A stretch of 63,418 bases of DNA, the filler included. It is 7 parts of 7 records of this genome, joined end to end, with 100 filler letters (N's around TTAATTAATTAA, not from the genome) between each part and the next. Parts side by side here need not be neighbours in the genome. Positions count along the whole stretch, not along the records: positions 40,907 to 51,110 come from DRR723986_16059; 6 more parts are not named here. One strand, 5' to 3'. This document shows, in pieces, positions 41,053 to 49,799 of the stretch (the first letter of the stretch is position 1; every line of letters starts with the position of its first letter). A program made the translations under genes and the position numbers. The notes beneath the pieces were generated by a model, which saw only the letters and a program-made list of their open reading frames with translations, had not been told where the DNA came from and did not search any database.

Positions 41053-41990
41053 TGCCGTTTGAACTGCGTTCAGCCTGCTTGCAGCCAGTGACGAGTACAG
41101 ATGACAAACATTGCCACTTTTGCAAAGAAGCGCTTCCCAGAGATGAAAAAGATACCAAACTGTTCGAACTCCGAATGGATATCGACGGTCAGATAGTCGA
41201 GAGTAAACGACTGCAGGGAAAGCGAGTAGCAAAACTGGAAGCGGCTAAGAAATCTGCCACAGACCTAAAGTCGCGTATGACACGGGCAATGAAACAGTTT
41301 GATGAGCTTCGCAACGCTTCTGTAGATGGGAGAACCGCGCTGGTTTCTGAAAAGAGCCGAGAACTTGGGAAAATTGACGCTCGACTTGATGAGTTGAACA
41401 AGTTTTCGGACCTTAGAAAACAAATCAATGGTCTCAAAGAGGCGAAAGAGCTAGCCTCAGCTGAGATAACAAAACTTCGGAATGCTATTGAAGCGCTTGA
41501 GCTTGCCCGCGAAACGCGACGACGCGTAGTAAAGACAGAAATCGTCTCAGATACTAAACGGGTTCTGGAAAAGGATCTCAAGGAGCATAATGACTTCGAA
41601 GCGTTGGACAATTTCGACTTCAGCTTCGAAGACGATTGGTTCGCGATCAATGGCGATCCCAATATCACCACCAGCGCTAGTGGCATGGTCGTGGTGAAGA
41701 ACAGCCTTTTTCTAGGTATGTTGCTAGCTTCGTTGAAAGACCATCAAATGATGTATCCGCGTTTTCTTTTGTTGGACAACGTAGAAGACAAAGGAATGGT
41801 AGGCGACCGTGTTCGCAACTTCCAAAAAGCGATAGCTGACCTGATGGATCAAGAAAGCGCGCCGCATCAAATTATTATGACGACTTCGACACTAAACCCA
41901 GCTTTGGCCCGTGAAGACTATATCGTCGGCCCTTCGTACTCCAAACAAAACAGAACTCTAAAAATTCAAGGTGGTGCGTTGGGTGCATGA
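41052..41990 (+). pseudogene. C-terminal half of an SMC/Rad50-like ABC ATPase (ABC three-component / Lamassu LmuB-like), 5'-truncated
   Basis: Zn-hook-like (R)SAC...CHFC, long coiled coil, signature SASGMVVVKNS, Walker B FLLLDNVEDKGM and QIIMTTS. No Walker A. Confidence 0.7.
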
Positions 41991-42090
41991 TAATTGGAGC
42001 CTCGACACCCAATTGGCACCCAGTCGCGACGGCCACAAACTACTAGCACACTAGTACTTACATCAACCACTTGAATCTATTTGGTAAAAA

Positions 42091-42108
42091 TGGTGCCCAG
42101 GGGCGGAA
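42091..42108 (-). repeat. att core: displaced copy of a tRNA 3' end
   Basis: TGGTGCCCAGGGGCGGAA matches TGGTGCCCGGGGGCGGAA at 51084-51101 in 17 of 18 positions. Confidence 0.9.
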
Positions 42109-42214
42109 CCATTACCCACCCTTATCGAAACCCGTACGCTATGTCAAATATAAGCAATATCAATTAGTTACGAAATCAATCATTCGGAAAACCTCCACCG
42201 ATTGATCTTTTTCT

Positions 42215-42234
42215 GCCCCCTCAATTGCCCCCTC
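42215..42234 (+). repeat. Putative integrase arm-type site, left copy
   Basis: GCCCCCTCAATTGCCCCCTC (GCCCCCTC twice), identical to 51031-51050. Confidence 0.8.
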
Positions 42235-42259
42235 CGCACTCGCCTGATACAAGGCGGTC

Positions 42260-43636
42260 ATGCCTATCAATTTGCTTTCAGATGCACGATGCCGAACGGC
42301 GAAAAAAGGAGAACATGGCGACGGCGGTGGCCTGTATCTCGATGTTAAAGAGTCTGGCACGAAAAGCTGGAAATTCCGCTGGTCCTCTCCCCCCGGTGAC
42401 ACGGCAAGACCCAAAATGGGTCTAGGATCATACCCCACCATTTCACTTGCCGAAGCTCGCATTGAAGCCCAGCGCTGCCGCAAACTGGTCGCACAGGGCA
42501 TTGACCCACGTGGCGAGCGCAACAAGGTGCTACGTCCGGAGACCTTCCGGGAAGCCACCAACACCTATTTCGAATTGAAGAGAGAGGGTTTGAAAGGTGG
42601 TGGCAGCGCAGGTCGGTGGATGAGCCCGATCAATCAGCACGTGTTGCCGGAGCTTGGTGACAAACCGGTTGCGCAGATGACTCTCAACGATCTGGTCAAG
42701 GTGTTGAAGCCAATCTGGCAGACAGACACAGGCCGGAAAACGCTCAACAGGGTAGACCAGATTCTGACGAATGCGAAAGCCCGCAATCCGGAAGTGCTAC
42801 CGGGGGTTTCCAATATCTCTAAGAGCACCCAAGCCTTGCTGCCCCACGTAAAACGAAAAAACACGCACCACCCTTCGTTACCGTGGAGTCAAATGCCAAA
42901 GCTCTGGATGGCATTAGACAACTCTGTCACCAATCTGGGCTTCAAATTCTATCTCCTTAACCTTCCGCGTACCGCCAACGTAACCAAAATGGTTTGGGCG
43001 GAAGTCGACTGGGAAGAGCGGATTTGGGATATTCCCCCCGAACGCATGAAGACGGATGTTGGCTTCTCTGCCCCACTATCAAGGCAATCGGCTGAAATCC
43101 TGCGAATTGCGCGCGCCCGATACAAGTCTGAGACAGATTTTGTGTTTCCATCTGCGACCGCTTGGAAGAAAGGTGTCATCTCAGAAAACACATGGGGAAA
43201 GTGGCTTAAAGCCCATGATTGGAAAGCTGAAGATGGTCGGCATGCTGTACCACACGGCTTTCGCGCCACTTTTGGTACATGGTGTGGCGACAACCAAATC
43301 TGCGACAAAGAAATGCAGAAGCGGTGCATTCAACATGTGGTCGAAAACCCCGAAGACGCCGCTTATCTAAGGTCAAAGCTCCTGCCGGAGCGACTGGAAG
43401 TTATGCAAAAATGGGCCTATTTCGTAACCAGTTTGGAACGCGAACAAAGTGAAGCAAGGCGTCGACACGTTGAACATCAACAGTCACTGGACCATCCTGT
43501 GGAAGCTGCCGGTAAGGACGGGACCTCAAGAACGCGCCGTGAAGTCGAAGAGTGGCTTCGCCCGGATTCTGAGGAGGAAGCGGAGGCATATGCGATGCGT
43601 ACAGGGCTCCACCCAAACCGAAAGAACCGCAAATAG
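42260..43636 (+). CDS. P4-like tyrosine integrase with N-terminal arm-binding domain
   Basis: Arm domain HGDGGGLYLDV...MGLGSYPTISLAEAR; catalytic R (LPRT), K (RMKT), HGFR, QH and Y (AAYL). Confidence 0.93.
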   Translation: MPINLLSDARCRTAKKGEHGDGGGLYLDVKESGTKSWKFRWSSPPGDTARPKMGLGSYPTISLAEARIEAQRCRKLVAQGIDPRGERNKVLRPETFREATNTYFELKREGLKGGGSAGRWMSPINQHVLPELGDKPVAQMTLNDLVKVLKPIWQTDTGRKTLNRVDQILTNAKARNPEVLPGVSNISKSTQALLPHVKRKNTHHPSLPWSQMPKLWMALDNSVTNLGFKFYLLNLPRTANVTKMVWAEVDWEERIWDIPPERMKTDVGFSAPLSRQSAEILRIARARYKSETDFVFPSATAWKKGVISENTWGKWLKAHDWKAEDGRHAVPHGFRATFGTWCGDNQICDKEMQKRCIQHVVENPEDAAYLRSKLLPERLEVMQKWAYFVTSLEREQSEARRRHVEHQQSLDHPVEAAGKDGTSRTRREVEEWLRPDSEEEAEAYAMRTGLHPNRKNRK

Positions 43637-43844
43637 AAAAACGGGGCGAATAGCACCTCTGTGAGAAGCCCTGACGCACTTTGCAGTGCGCCGTATCAAA
43701 TTCGCCGATGGCACCTAAGATGTCGAAGGAGTTTTGACACCCAGAGGACTACCCATCCCCGACGAATTCCAAATGTAAACGACACTAAAAATGACTGAAA
43801 TTGGCGAATATCAGCTAAGGCTTTGAATGAAAACGGAAAAGCGC

Positions 43845-44157
43845 CTGAGTCACCCAGAGTCACCAGCCTAAACCCTTATTTTTAAGGGGTTTGGCGATTT
43901 AGAGTGACTCAGTGACTCACGATCCCATACTCAGCTCTAGAAATCTGTTATATATTATATAACTAGAGTGAATACTTTTACATTGCTTACGCACATAATG
44001 GATGGGTGCGTGTCCGCCTAAAAAGTATTCACTCGTGTCGCACATATATATAACCGATTCATAGGCACGGGGATGCCGACTTGAATCACCTGAATCACCA
44101 AAATGCCTCAAACCCCTTATTTATATAGCCAATCGCCGGTGACTCAGAGTGACTCAG
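43845..44157. other. Dyad-symmetric iteron array with AT-rich core (putative replication origin)
   Basis: Four tandem pairs of TGA(G/A)TCAC / GTGACTCA at 43846-43864, 43904-43919, 44082-44099 and 44139-44156, mirrored around ~44000. AT palindrome at 43947-43963. The structure is seen directly; the function is inferred. Confidence 0.6.
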
Positions 44158-45101
44158 CGTCTCTCGGAAACCTAAACTTCTGATTACACGAGTGAATACT
44201 TTTGTGGGTTCATACTCAAGTTCCTCGATATGGACGTTTTCTCGCCCGGATCAGGTTAAAAGGATGCACTCGTGTAGTAGACATTACACATGTGTACCGC
44301 GTTAGCGGTGAGTGCATCTTTTTTGATGATTTGGTCATTTATCGTGACATTTCGGAAAAATTGGACCCAAGTTAAAGGGTTTTCTGACAGGTAAGGGCCT
44401 TCCCTTTTTTCACTAGCCTGAAAAACATCCGCACATGGCGGAGGTGGCGTAGCGGAAACCTAGTGGTCGGAACTCCCCGCTGAAGCACCGCTGACAAGCT
44501 TTGCGCAATGCGCGAATGGTCGCCGCGCAGGCATCGATGATGCCTCTGTCAGAAAACTGATATTGTTAAGGTGGGCTAACCAAAAATGCATACACTTTAC
44601 GTGAAAGGGCGGGGCGTCAATTATCCTGTAAACAATTGGAATTAAACCATAATCCTACCTCCCTCAAAACCAAGATCGACTACTTGTCAAGTTGAACCAA
44701 GTGTTAACATCCCTCCTGCAGGTAGCTGCTGCAAGGGTATGAGCCCCCGGGGCGGTATCCCCCTTTGGGTCCCCCCCTTTGCTTGCAGCATACGAATTGA
44801 GGCTTTGACCGGTGCCTCGCAACGGCGGAATGGCAATGGCTTGCAAGCATTCACCTCTTCCATATGGGGTTGGGGCAGTTTGTGACCGCAACTGATCATC
44901 TGATGCGTCGCGGTGCCGATGACGTCTCACATGGGACGTCCCTTGTGATCTTCACGGACTGCTTCACTTACCGTCTCAAAACTCCATCCCCTACGATCCC
45001 AACGGTAATTCTTGCAGGTTTTGAATTCGTGCGCGACACGAGTCCTCGGCTGCCGTGGACTGATTGTTTCCAAAACCACTATCGCTTTGCCGCTTAGATA
45101 G

Positions 45102-45127
45102 TGTTATTTTTCTTGAGAAAAATAACA
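45102..45127. promoter_or_regulatory. 26-bp 12-2-12 inverted repeat, putative serine recombinase binding/crossover site
   Basis: TGTTATTTTTCT-TG-AGAAAAATAACA with perfect arms, 34 bp upstream of the recombinase ATG. Confidence 0.6.
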
Positions 45128-45161
45128 GCTAACCACGCCAACTAACCGGTTTGTATAAGTA

Positions 45162-45851
45162 ATGTCAGCAAAGAAAATTCCAGCCTTCGCCTATCTCCGC
45201 ACCTCAAGCGCTCAAAACGTTGGGCCTGACCGAGACTCTGATAAACGCCAACGGGCGGCAGTCAAAGCTTACGCTGACGCGAACGGCTATGAGATCGTGG
45301 GTGAATATTATGACGCCGCCGTGTCTGGCACTGACCTAATCGACGCCAGACCGGGCATGATGGAACTTCTGGACGCTGTATCGAGCAAAGGTACGCAGAC
45401 GATTCTTGTGGAATCGCCAGATCGTTTTGCGCGGGATGCGGTTGTACAGGAACTTGGACACCGCATGTTGAAAGAACGCAGCGTTGACTTGATACCGACA
45501 ACCGCTCCCGATTACTTTACAGTTGATACTGCTACCACTGAGCTTGTTCGCACCATTCTTGGAGCCGTGAATGCTTTTGACAGGCGTCAGACAGTGGAAA
45601 AGCTCAGGGCAGCGCGTGACCGCCGCTCAGAAACGCTAGGACGCCGTGTAGAGGGCCGCAAGCCCGTCGCTGACGCGACCATACAAGAAGCGAAACGGCT
45701 CTACCGGCGCAGCCCGAAGACAGGTAATAGACGCAGCCTGCGCCAGATATCGAACGAGCTAGCAGCACTTGGCCACACTCTGCCAAGCGGGAAAGTTTTC
45801 AATCCAAATAGCGTACGCCAGATGCTTGAGCGCGCTGGGGTATATGCGTGA
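45162..45851 (+). CDS. Small serine recombinase (resolvase/invertase family)
   Basis: AYLRTSS (catalytic Ser), DAAVSG...RPG, VESPDRFARD and a C-terminal HTH (RSLRQISNELA). Confidence 0.92.
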   Translation: MSAKKIPAFAYLRTSSAQNVGPDRDSDKRQRAAVKAYADANGYEIVGEYYDAAVSGTDLIDARPGMMELLDAVSSKGTQTILVESPDRFARDAVVQELGHRMLKERSVDLIPTTAPDYFTVDTATTELVRTILGAVNAFDRRQTVEKLRAARDRRSETLGRRVEGRKPVADATIQEAKRLYRRSPKTGNRRSLRQISNELAALGHTLPSGKVFNPNSVRQMLERAGVYA

Positions 45852-46178
45852 TCAGCACCAAGCCTATCGGGATGCACAGAGGCACGTTGCACCTGCTATG
45901 TTAGTCCTCAGTTGTCGCGAAATGCCCTAAGAAGACTTGGAGAAAAGTCTGGGACCTGAGAGGGGTAAGCTTCCACTTGCAGCGGTAGGTGCCGTTCAGA
46001 GGGCGCTTGGTTGCCTTTCACGCCTCAATCACGCTTGTTCGGCATCAGAAAGTTGATGCGGATCAACGCCAAGTTGCACCTGTACTGTTTCAATCGCAAG
46101 GCATACCTTTGCCGTGACCCGCCCTTCGGGCGGATTTTGGAAATCGTAAGGGTACACATACCTCAGAGGGTGATTTTG

Positions 46179-46856
46179 ATGGACGAATTTGAACAAGAAC
46201 CATTTGTAGACGCAGTTTTGCAGGAAAACCCAGAGCCAAGGTGCCCAGTGCTTTTGTTGTTGGATACTTCATATTCAATGAACGGCGCGCCAATTTCAGA
46301 ATTGAACGAAGGACTGGCAACGCTTCGCGAAGAGTTGTTGTCAGATTCACTGGCAGCAAAACGTGTCGAACTAGCGATGGTGACTTTTGGGCCGGTAGAG
46401 ACCCGCAGTGAGTTCGCAACAGTCGATAACTTTTATCCAGAAACCTTGGAAGTTGGCGGGGCAACTCCAATGGGGGAGGCAATCCTTTCCGGCTTGGAAA
46501 TGCTTCGTGCGAGAAAAGACCACATCCGTTCGAATGGCCTCAAGATTTTCCGCCCTTGGGTCTTTCTGATTACCGACGGCGCGCCAACGGACAGTTGGGA
46601 CGAAGCCAAACGCCGGGTGCATGAAGGCGAAGAACGCAAAGAGTTCATGTTCTACACGGTAGGCGTGGAACAGGCGGATATGGGTGTGCTTGGGCAGATC
46701 GCGACCCGCCAACCCCTTAAACTCAAAGGGCTGGCCTTCAAGGAACTGTTTCAATGGCTATCCAGTTCGCTTAGCGCCGTTTCTCAATCAAACCCCGGCG
46801 ATTCCGTTCCTCTTGCAAACCCCACCGCCCCCGATGGTTGGGCTGTAGCGGAATAG
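46179..46856 (+). CDS. terY: TerY-type vWA protein (YegL-like)
   Basis: [18 protein letters not shown] (MIDAS), [23 protein letters not shown] and [12 protein letters not shown] motifs. Confidence 0.9.
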   Translation: MDEFEQEPFVDAVLQENPEPRCPVLLLLDTSYSMNGAPISELNEGLATLREELLSDSLAAKRVELAMVTFGPVETRSEFATVDNFYPETLEVGGATPMGEAILSGLEMLRARKDHIRSNGLKIFRPWVFLITDGAPTDSWDEAKRRVHEGEERKEFMFYTVGVEQADMGVLGQIATRQPLKLKGLAFKELFQWLSSSLSAVSQSNPGDSVPLANPTAPDGWAVAE

Positions 46857-46860
46857 CGAC

Positions 46861-47607
46861 ATGGCATGGCGTTGGGCGGCTGCGTCCGAGATTGGCACGT
46901 CTCACATTCGCAATGGCGTTAGGCTTCAAGATGCCTACGCTGTAAGGGCTATAGGGGATGAGTGCATTTTTGCTATCGTTTCGGATGGTGCGGGTAGCGC
47001 TGAATTCAGCGCATTTGGCGCATGGCTTGTATGTCGCACTTTAACCGTTCGATTTCGCGATTGGCTCTACGCTAATTCGGATTTTCCGGATGACGAAGTA
47101 ATTGCCGAATGGGTTGATGAAATTCGCGACCGGATAGCCGCGATAGCTGACCGCAGGGAAACCACTCCCCGTCAATTTGCGTCTACATTGGCGGCAGTTG
47201 TTTCAACGCCAGACGAAACACTGACCATGCACGTAGGAGATAGCGCTGTTGTTGGCCGCCGAAATGAAGAATGGGACGTTCTTTGCTGGCCCGAAAATGG
47301 CGAATACGCATCAACAACGTACTTTGTGACTGATGACCCAGAACCCCGCCTCAATATTGCGCGGTACTCGCGCGAGTATGACGCATTCGCCTTGTTCTCA
47401 GATGGTGTTGGCGATCTGGCGTTATCCCATTCTGAACAGACTGCATCCCCTCAATTCTTCACGCCTATGCTACGCCCTGTGGACAACACACAGAGTGTTG
47501 GGCGATTGCCTGAGTTGTCAGCTAAGCTGCGCACCTATCTTGCCGGTCCTGCGATTTGTGAACGAACCGATGACGACAAGACGCTCATCCTTATTTCTGG
47601 GGGCTGA
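46861..47607 (+). CDS. PP2C-like phosphatase of the TerY-P triad (YegK-like)
   Basis: GTSH...QDA, VSDGAGSA, HVGDSAVV, GEYASTTYF, FSDG and ERTDDDKTL motifs. Confidence 0.9.
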   Translation: MAWRWAAASEIGTSHIRNGVRLQDAYAVRAIGDECIFAIVSDGAGSAEFSAFGAWLVCRTLTVRFRDWLYANSDFPDDEVIAEWVDEIRDRIAAIADRRETTPRQFASTLAAVVSTPDETLTMHVGDSAVVGRRNEEWDVLCWPENGEYASTTYFVTDDPEPRLNIARYSREYDAFALFSDGVGDLALSHSEQTASPQFFTPMLRPVDNTQSVGRLPELSAKLRTYLAGPAICERTDDDKTLILISGG

Positions 47608-47609
47608 AC

Positions 47610-49775
47610 GTGAAGGATATCGTCATCGGAAAGGACCGCGTTTCCGTTGCGGAACTGATTGGCAAGGGTGGCGAAGGTGAAGTCTATGCAATCAAGGGGC
47701 GTTCTGGGCAGGCGGTAAAAATCTATAACGCCAACCTACGTTCAAAACGGGAAGACAAAGTGCGTGCGATGGTGGGCGAAGGTCTTGCCGTCAAGACTGA
47801 GCTTATTGCCTATCCCGGCGAAGTCGCAACCGACCGGCGCGGCAACTTTCTTGGTTTCGTCATGCGGCTTGTGTCGGGCTATCGCCCTCTGCATGAGCTT
47901 TACAGCCCCAAGTCGCGGATGCGTCATTTTCCCAAGGCAGACTATCGTTTTTTGATCCATGCCGCTTTGAACGTCGCGCGTGCCGTTGGAAAGGTGCACC
48001 AGACGGGATGTGTCATCGGTGATTTGAACCATTCGGGTATCCTTGTTGCGCCGGATGCAACCGTTGCTTTGATTGATGCAGACAGCTTTCAGTTCCGCCT
48101 TAACGGCACGTCCTACCCTTGTGTTGTAGGGGTGCCAGATTTCACGCCACCTGAGCTTCACGGCAAGAACCTCGCAACAGTAGAACGCACGATAGCTCAT
48201 GACAATTTCGGCTTAGCCGTCGCGATCTTCCATTTGCTCTTCATGGGCAAGCACCCATACGCCGGAATTCGTAAAGGCCCGGAAACCTCAATGGGCGAAG
48301 ATATTGCTCAAAACCGGTTCGCATATTCCTTGCAGCGAAGTGCGCAAACACAATCCAAGCCACCACCCGGCGCACTGACGCTAGACCTGTTTCCAGAAGT
48401 TATGTCCAAGACGTTCGAAGCTGCTTTCGGACTAACACCGGGCGCGCGTCCTAGCGCGCTCGAGTGGATACACGCCTTGTCAAAGCTGGAAAGCTCACTA
48501 AGCCACTGTACGAAGGTCAAGACGCACTACTACCCAAGTGCCGCCAAGGGCTGCGTCTGGTGCAAGCTGACAGCTAAGAGCGGTCTGGATATGTTCCCGG
48601 ACCTGTCGGCGATAACGCCCAACATTCCGACCGATGCGCGAGGCACAGAACAGGCCATTCGTGAGATAATGGCTTTTCGCTTCCCAGTAGTTGGTGATTT
48701 GCTTCCAACGGTCACGGTTCGCGGTGCCAGTTCTGCGCTGAACGAAGCCAAGAGCGGCAAGCGTGGGCGCTCGTTTTTGGGCTTGCTCATGATGGGCGGC
48801 GCGGTCGCCGGGTTCATTTTCGCCGCGCCGGTGTTCTACATCTGGATTGGACTGGCAATCTGGGGGTGGTCCACATTCTCAGACCGCGAAGTCTCGTCCA
48901 GCCCATTTTTGCAAGCTTTCAGAGAATCCGATGAACGGATACAGCGCGAGTTAAATGCGTTTGTGCAGCGCAATGGCCTGACTGAGGTGGTTAAGGTTCG
49001 CGGCGATCTAGATGCCACCATTGCAGCCTACAAAGGCCATGACGACGCACTTGCCCGTGAGGTGATGATACTCAAATCCAACCGGGAGTCGCGTCAGCGA
49101 CAGGCATTTCTTGATCGGTTCTCAGTACGGCGCGCGAACATCTCCGGTATTGGTCAAGCCAAGACTGCGACGTTGATTTCCTTCGGGATCGAAACCGCAG
49201 GCGATGTGAGCCGTTCCGCCGTGATGCAGGTCCCCGGATTTGGCGAAGTGATGACCGGAAAGTTGGTGGCGTGGCGGCGTCGGCACGAGACCCGGTTCAA
49301 ATATGACAGGACGCCCACCGCCCAAGACGTTGCCGACGAAAGGGCGTTGCGTGGGCGCTTTGCGGCTGAGAAAGCCAAGCTGGAATCCACGATCCGCAAC
49401 GGGTTGGGTACCCTTCGCAATGCGCGCGCGAAGCTCGATTCCTTACCTGCCCGCGCGAAAAACGATAGGGCGCTTTCGGATGCCCTTGCGACACGTGCAC
49501 AAGCTGAACGGGACTTGAAAGAATTGGGTGCGTCTGTTCCAGCCTCTTCCGTCGCCTTGACGGTGACGCCACCGTCGCGAGCTGCACCACAATCACCCAG
49601 AGTCCGAGTTGCTACCACCAAAGCGCATGGGGCAACCAATTTATCTGGTGCGCCAAGCTGCCCACGCTGTGGATCACACATGATACGGAGAACGGCGAGG
49701 CGCGGGCGGAATAGAGGGAACCAGTTCTGGGGATGCTCGCGCTACCCTAGTTGCCGTGGAACCAGAAACATTTAA
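47610..49775 (+). CDS. Ser/Thr kinase of the TerY-P triad (YegI-like) with TM, HhH and C-terminal topoisomerase-type Zn ribbon
   Basis: GKGGEGEVY, AVKIY, IGDLN, LIDADS and FTPPEL; CVWC; two TM segments; HhH motifs ISGIGQAK and VPGFGE; CPRCGSHM...FWGCSRYPSC. Confidence 0.9.
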   Translation: MKDIVIGKDRVSVAELIGKGGEGEVYAIKGRSGQAVKIYNANLRSKREDKVRAMVGEGLAVKTELIAYPGEVATDRRGNFLGFVMRLVSGYRPLHELYSPKSRMRHFPKADYRFLIHAALNVARAVGKVHQTGCVIGDLNHSGILVAPDATVALIDADSFQFRLNGTSYPCVVGVPDFTPPELHGKNLATVERTIAHDNFGLAVAIFHLLFMGKHPYAGIRKGPETSMGEDIAQNRFAYSLQRSAQTQSKPPPGALTLDLFPEVMSKTFEAAFGLTPGARPSALEWIHALSKLESSLSHCTKVKTHYYPSAAKGCVWCKLTAKSGLDMFPDLSAITPNIPTDARGTEQAIREIMAFRFPVVGDLLPTVTVRGASSALNEAKSGKRGRSFLGLLMMGGAVAGFIFAAPVFYIWIGLAIWGWSTFSDREVSSSPFLQAFRESDERIQRELNAFVQRNGLTEVVKVRGDLDATIAAYKGHDDALAREVMILKSNRESRQRQAFLDRFSVRRANISGIGQAKTATLISFGIETAGDVSRSAVMQVPGFGEVMTGKLVAWRRRHETRFKYDRTPTAQDVADERALRGRFAAEKAKLESTIRNGLGTLRNARAKLDSLPARAKNDRALSDALATRAQAERDLKELGASVPASSVALTVTPPSRAAPQSPRVRVATTKAHGATNLSGAPSCPRCGSHMIRRTARRGRNRGNQFWGCSRYPSCRGTRNI

Positions 49776-49799
49776 CTCATAATCAGACGAGTTCAAAAG

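Noticed and set aside
43846-44323. Possible CRISPR or repeat-spacer array
   Set aside because: Repeats are 8-19 bp, alternate in orientation and are irregularly spaced; no cas genes. An iteron/operator interpretation fits better.
44622-44628. TATCCTG resembling a MOBP/RP4-type nic core
   Set aside because: Only 7 bp, with no convincing adjacent inverted repeat and no relaxase. Could be chance; worth including in an oriT scan but not supportable alone.
43917-45097. Short ORFs (64-88 aa) in the island non-coding block
   Set aside because: No clear RBS or recognisable motifs; they overlap palindromic elements on both strands.
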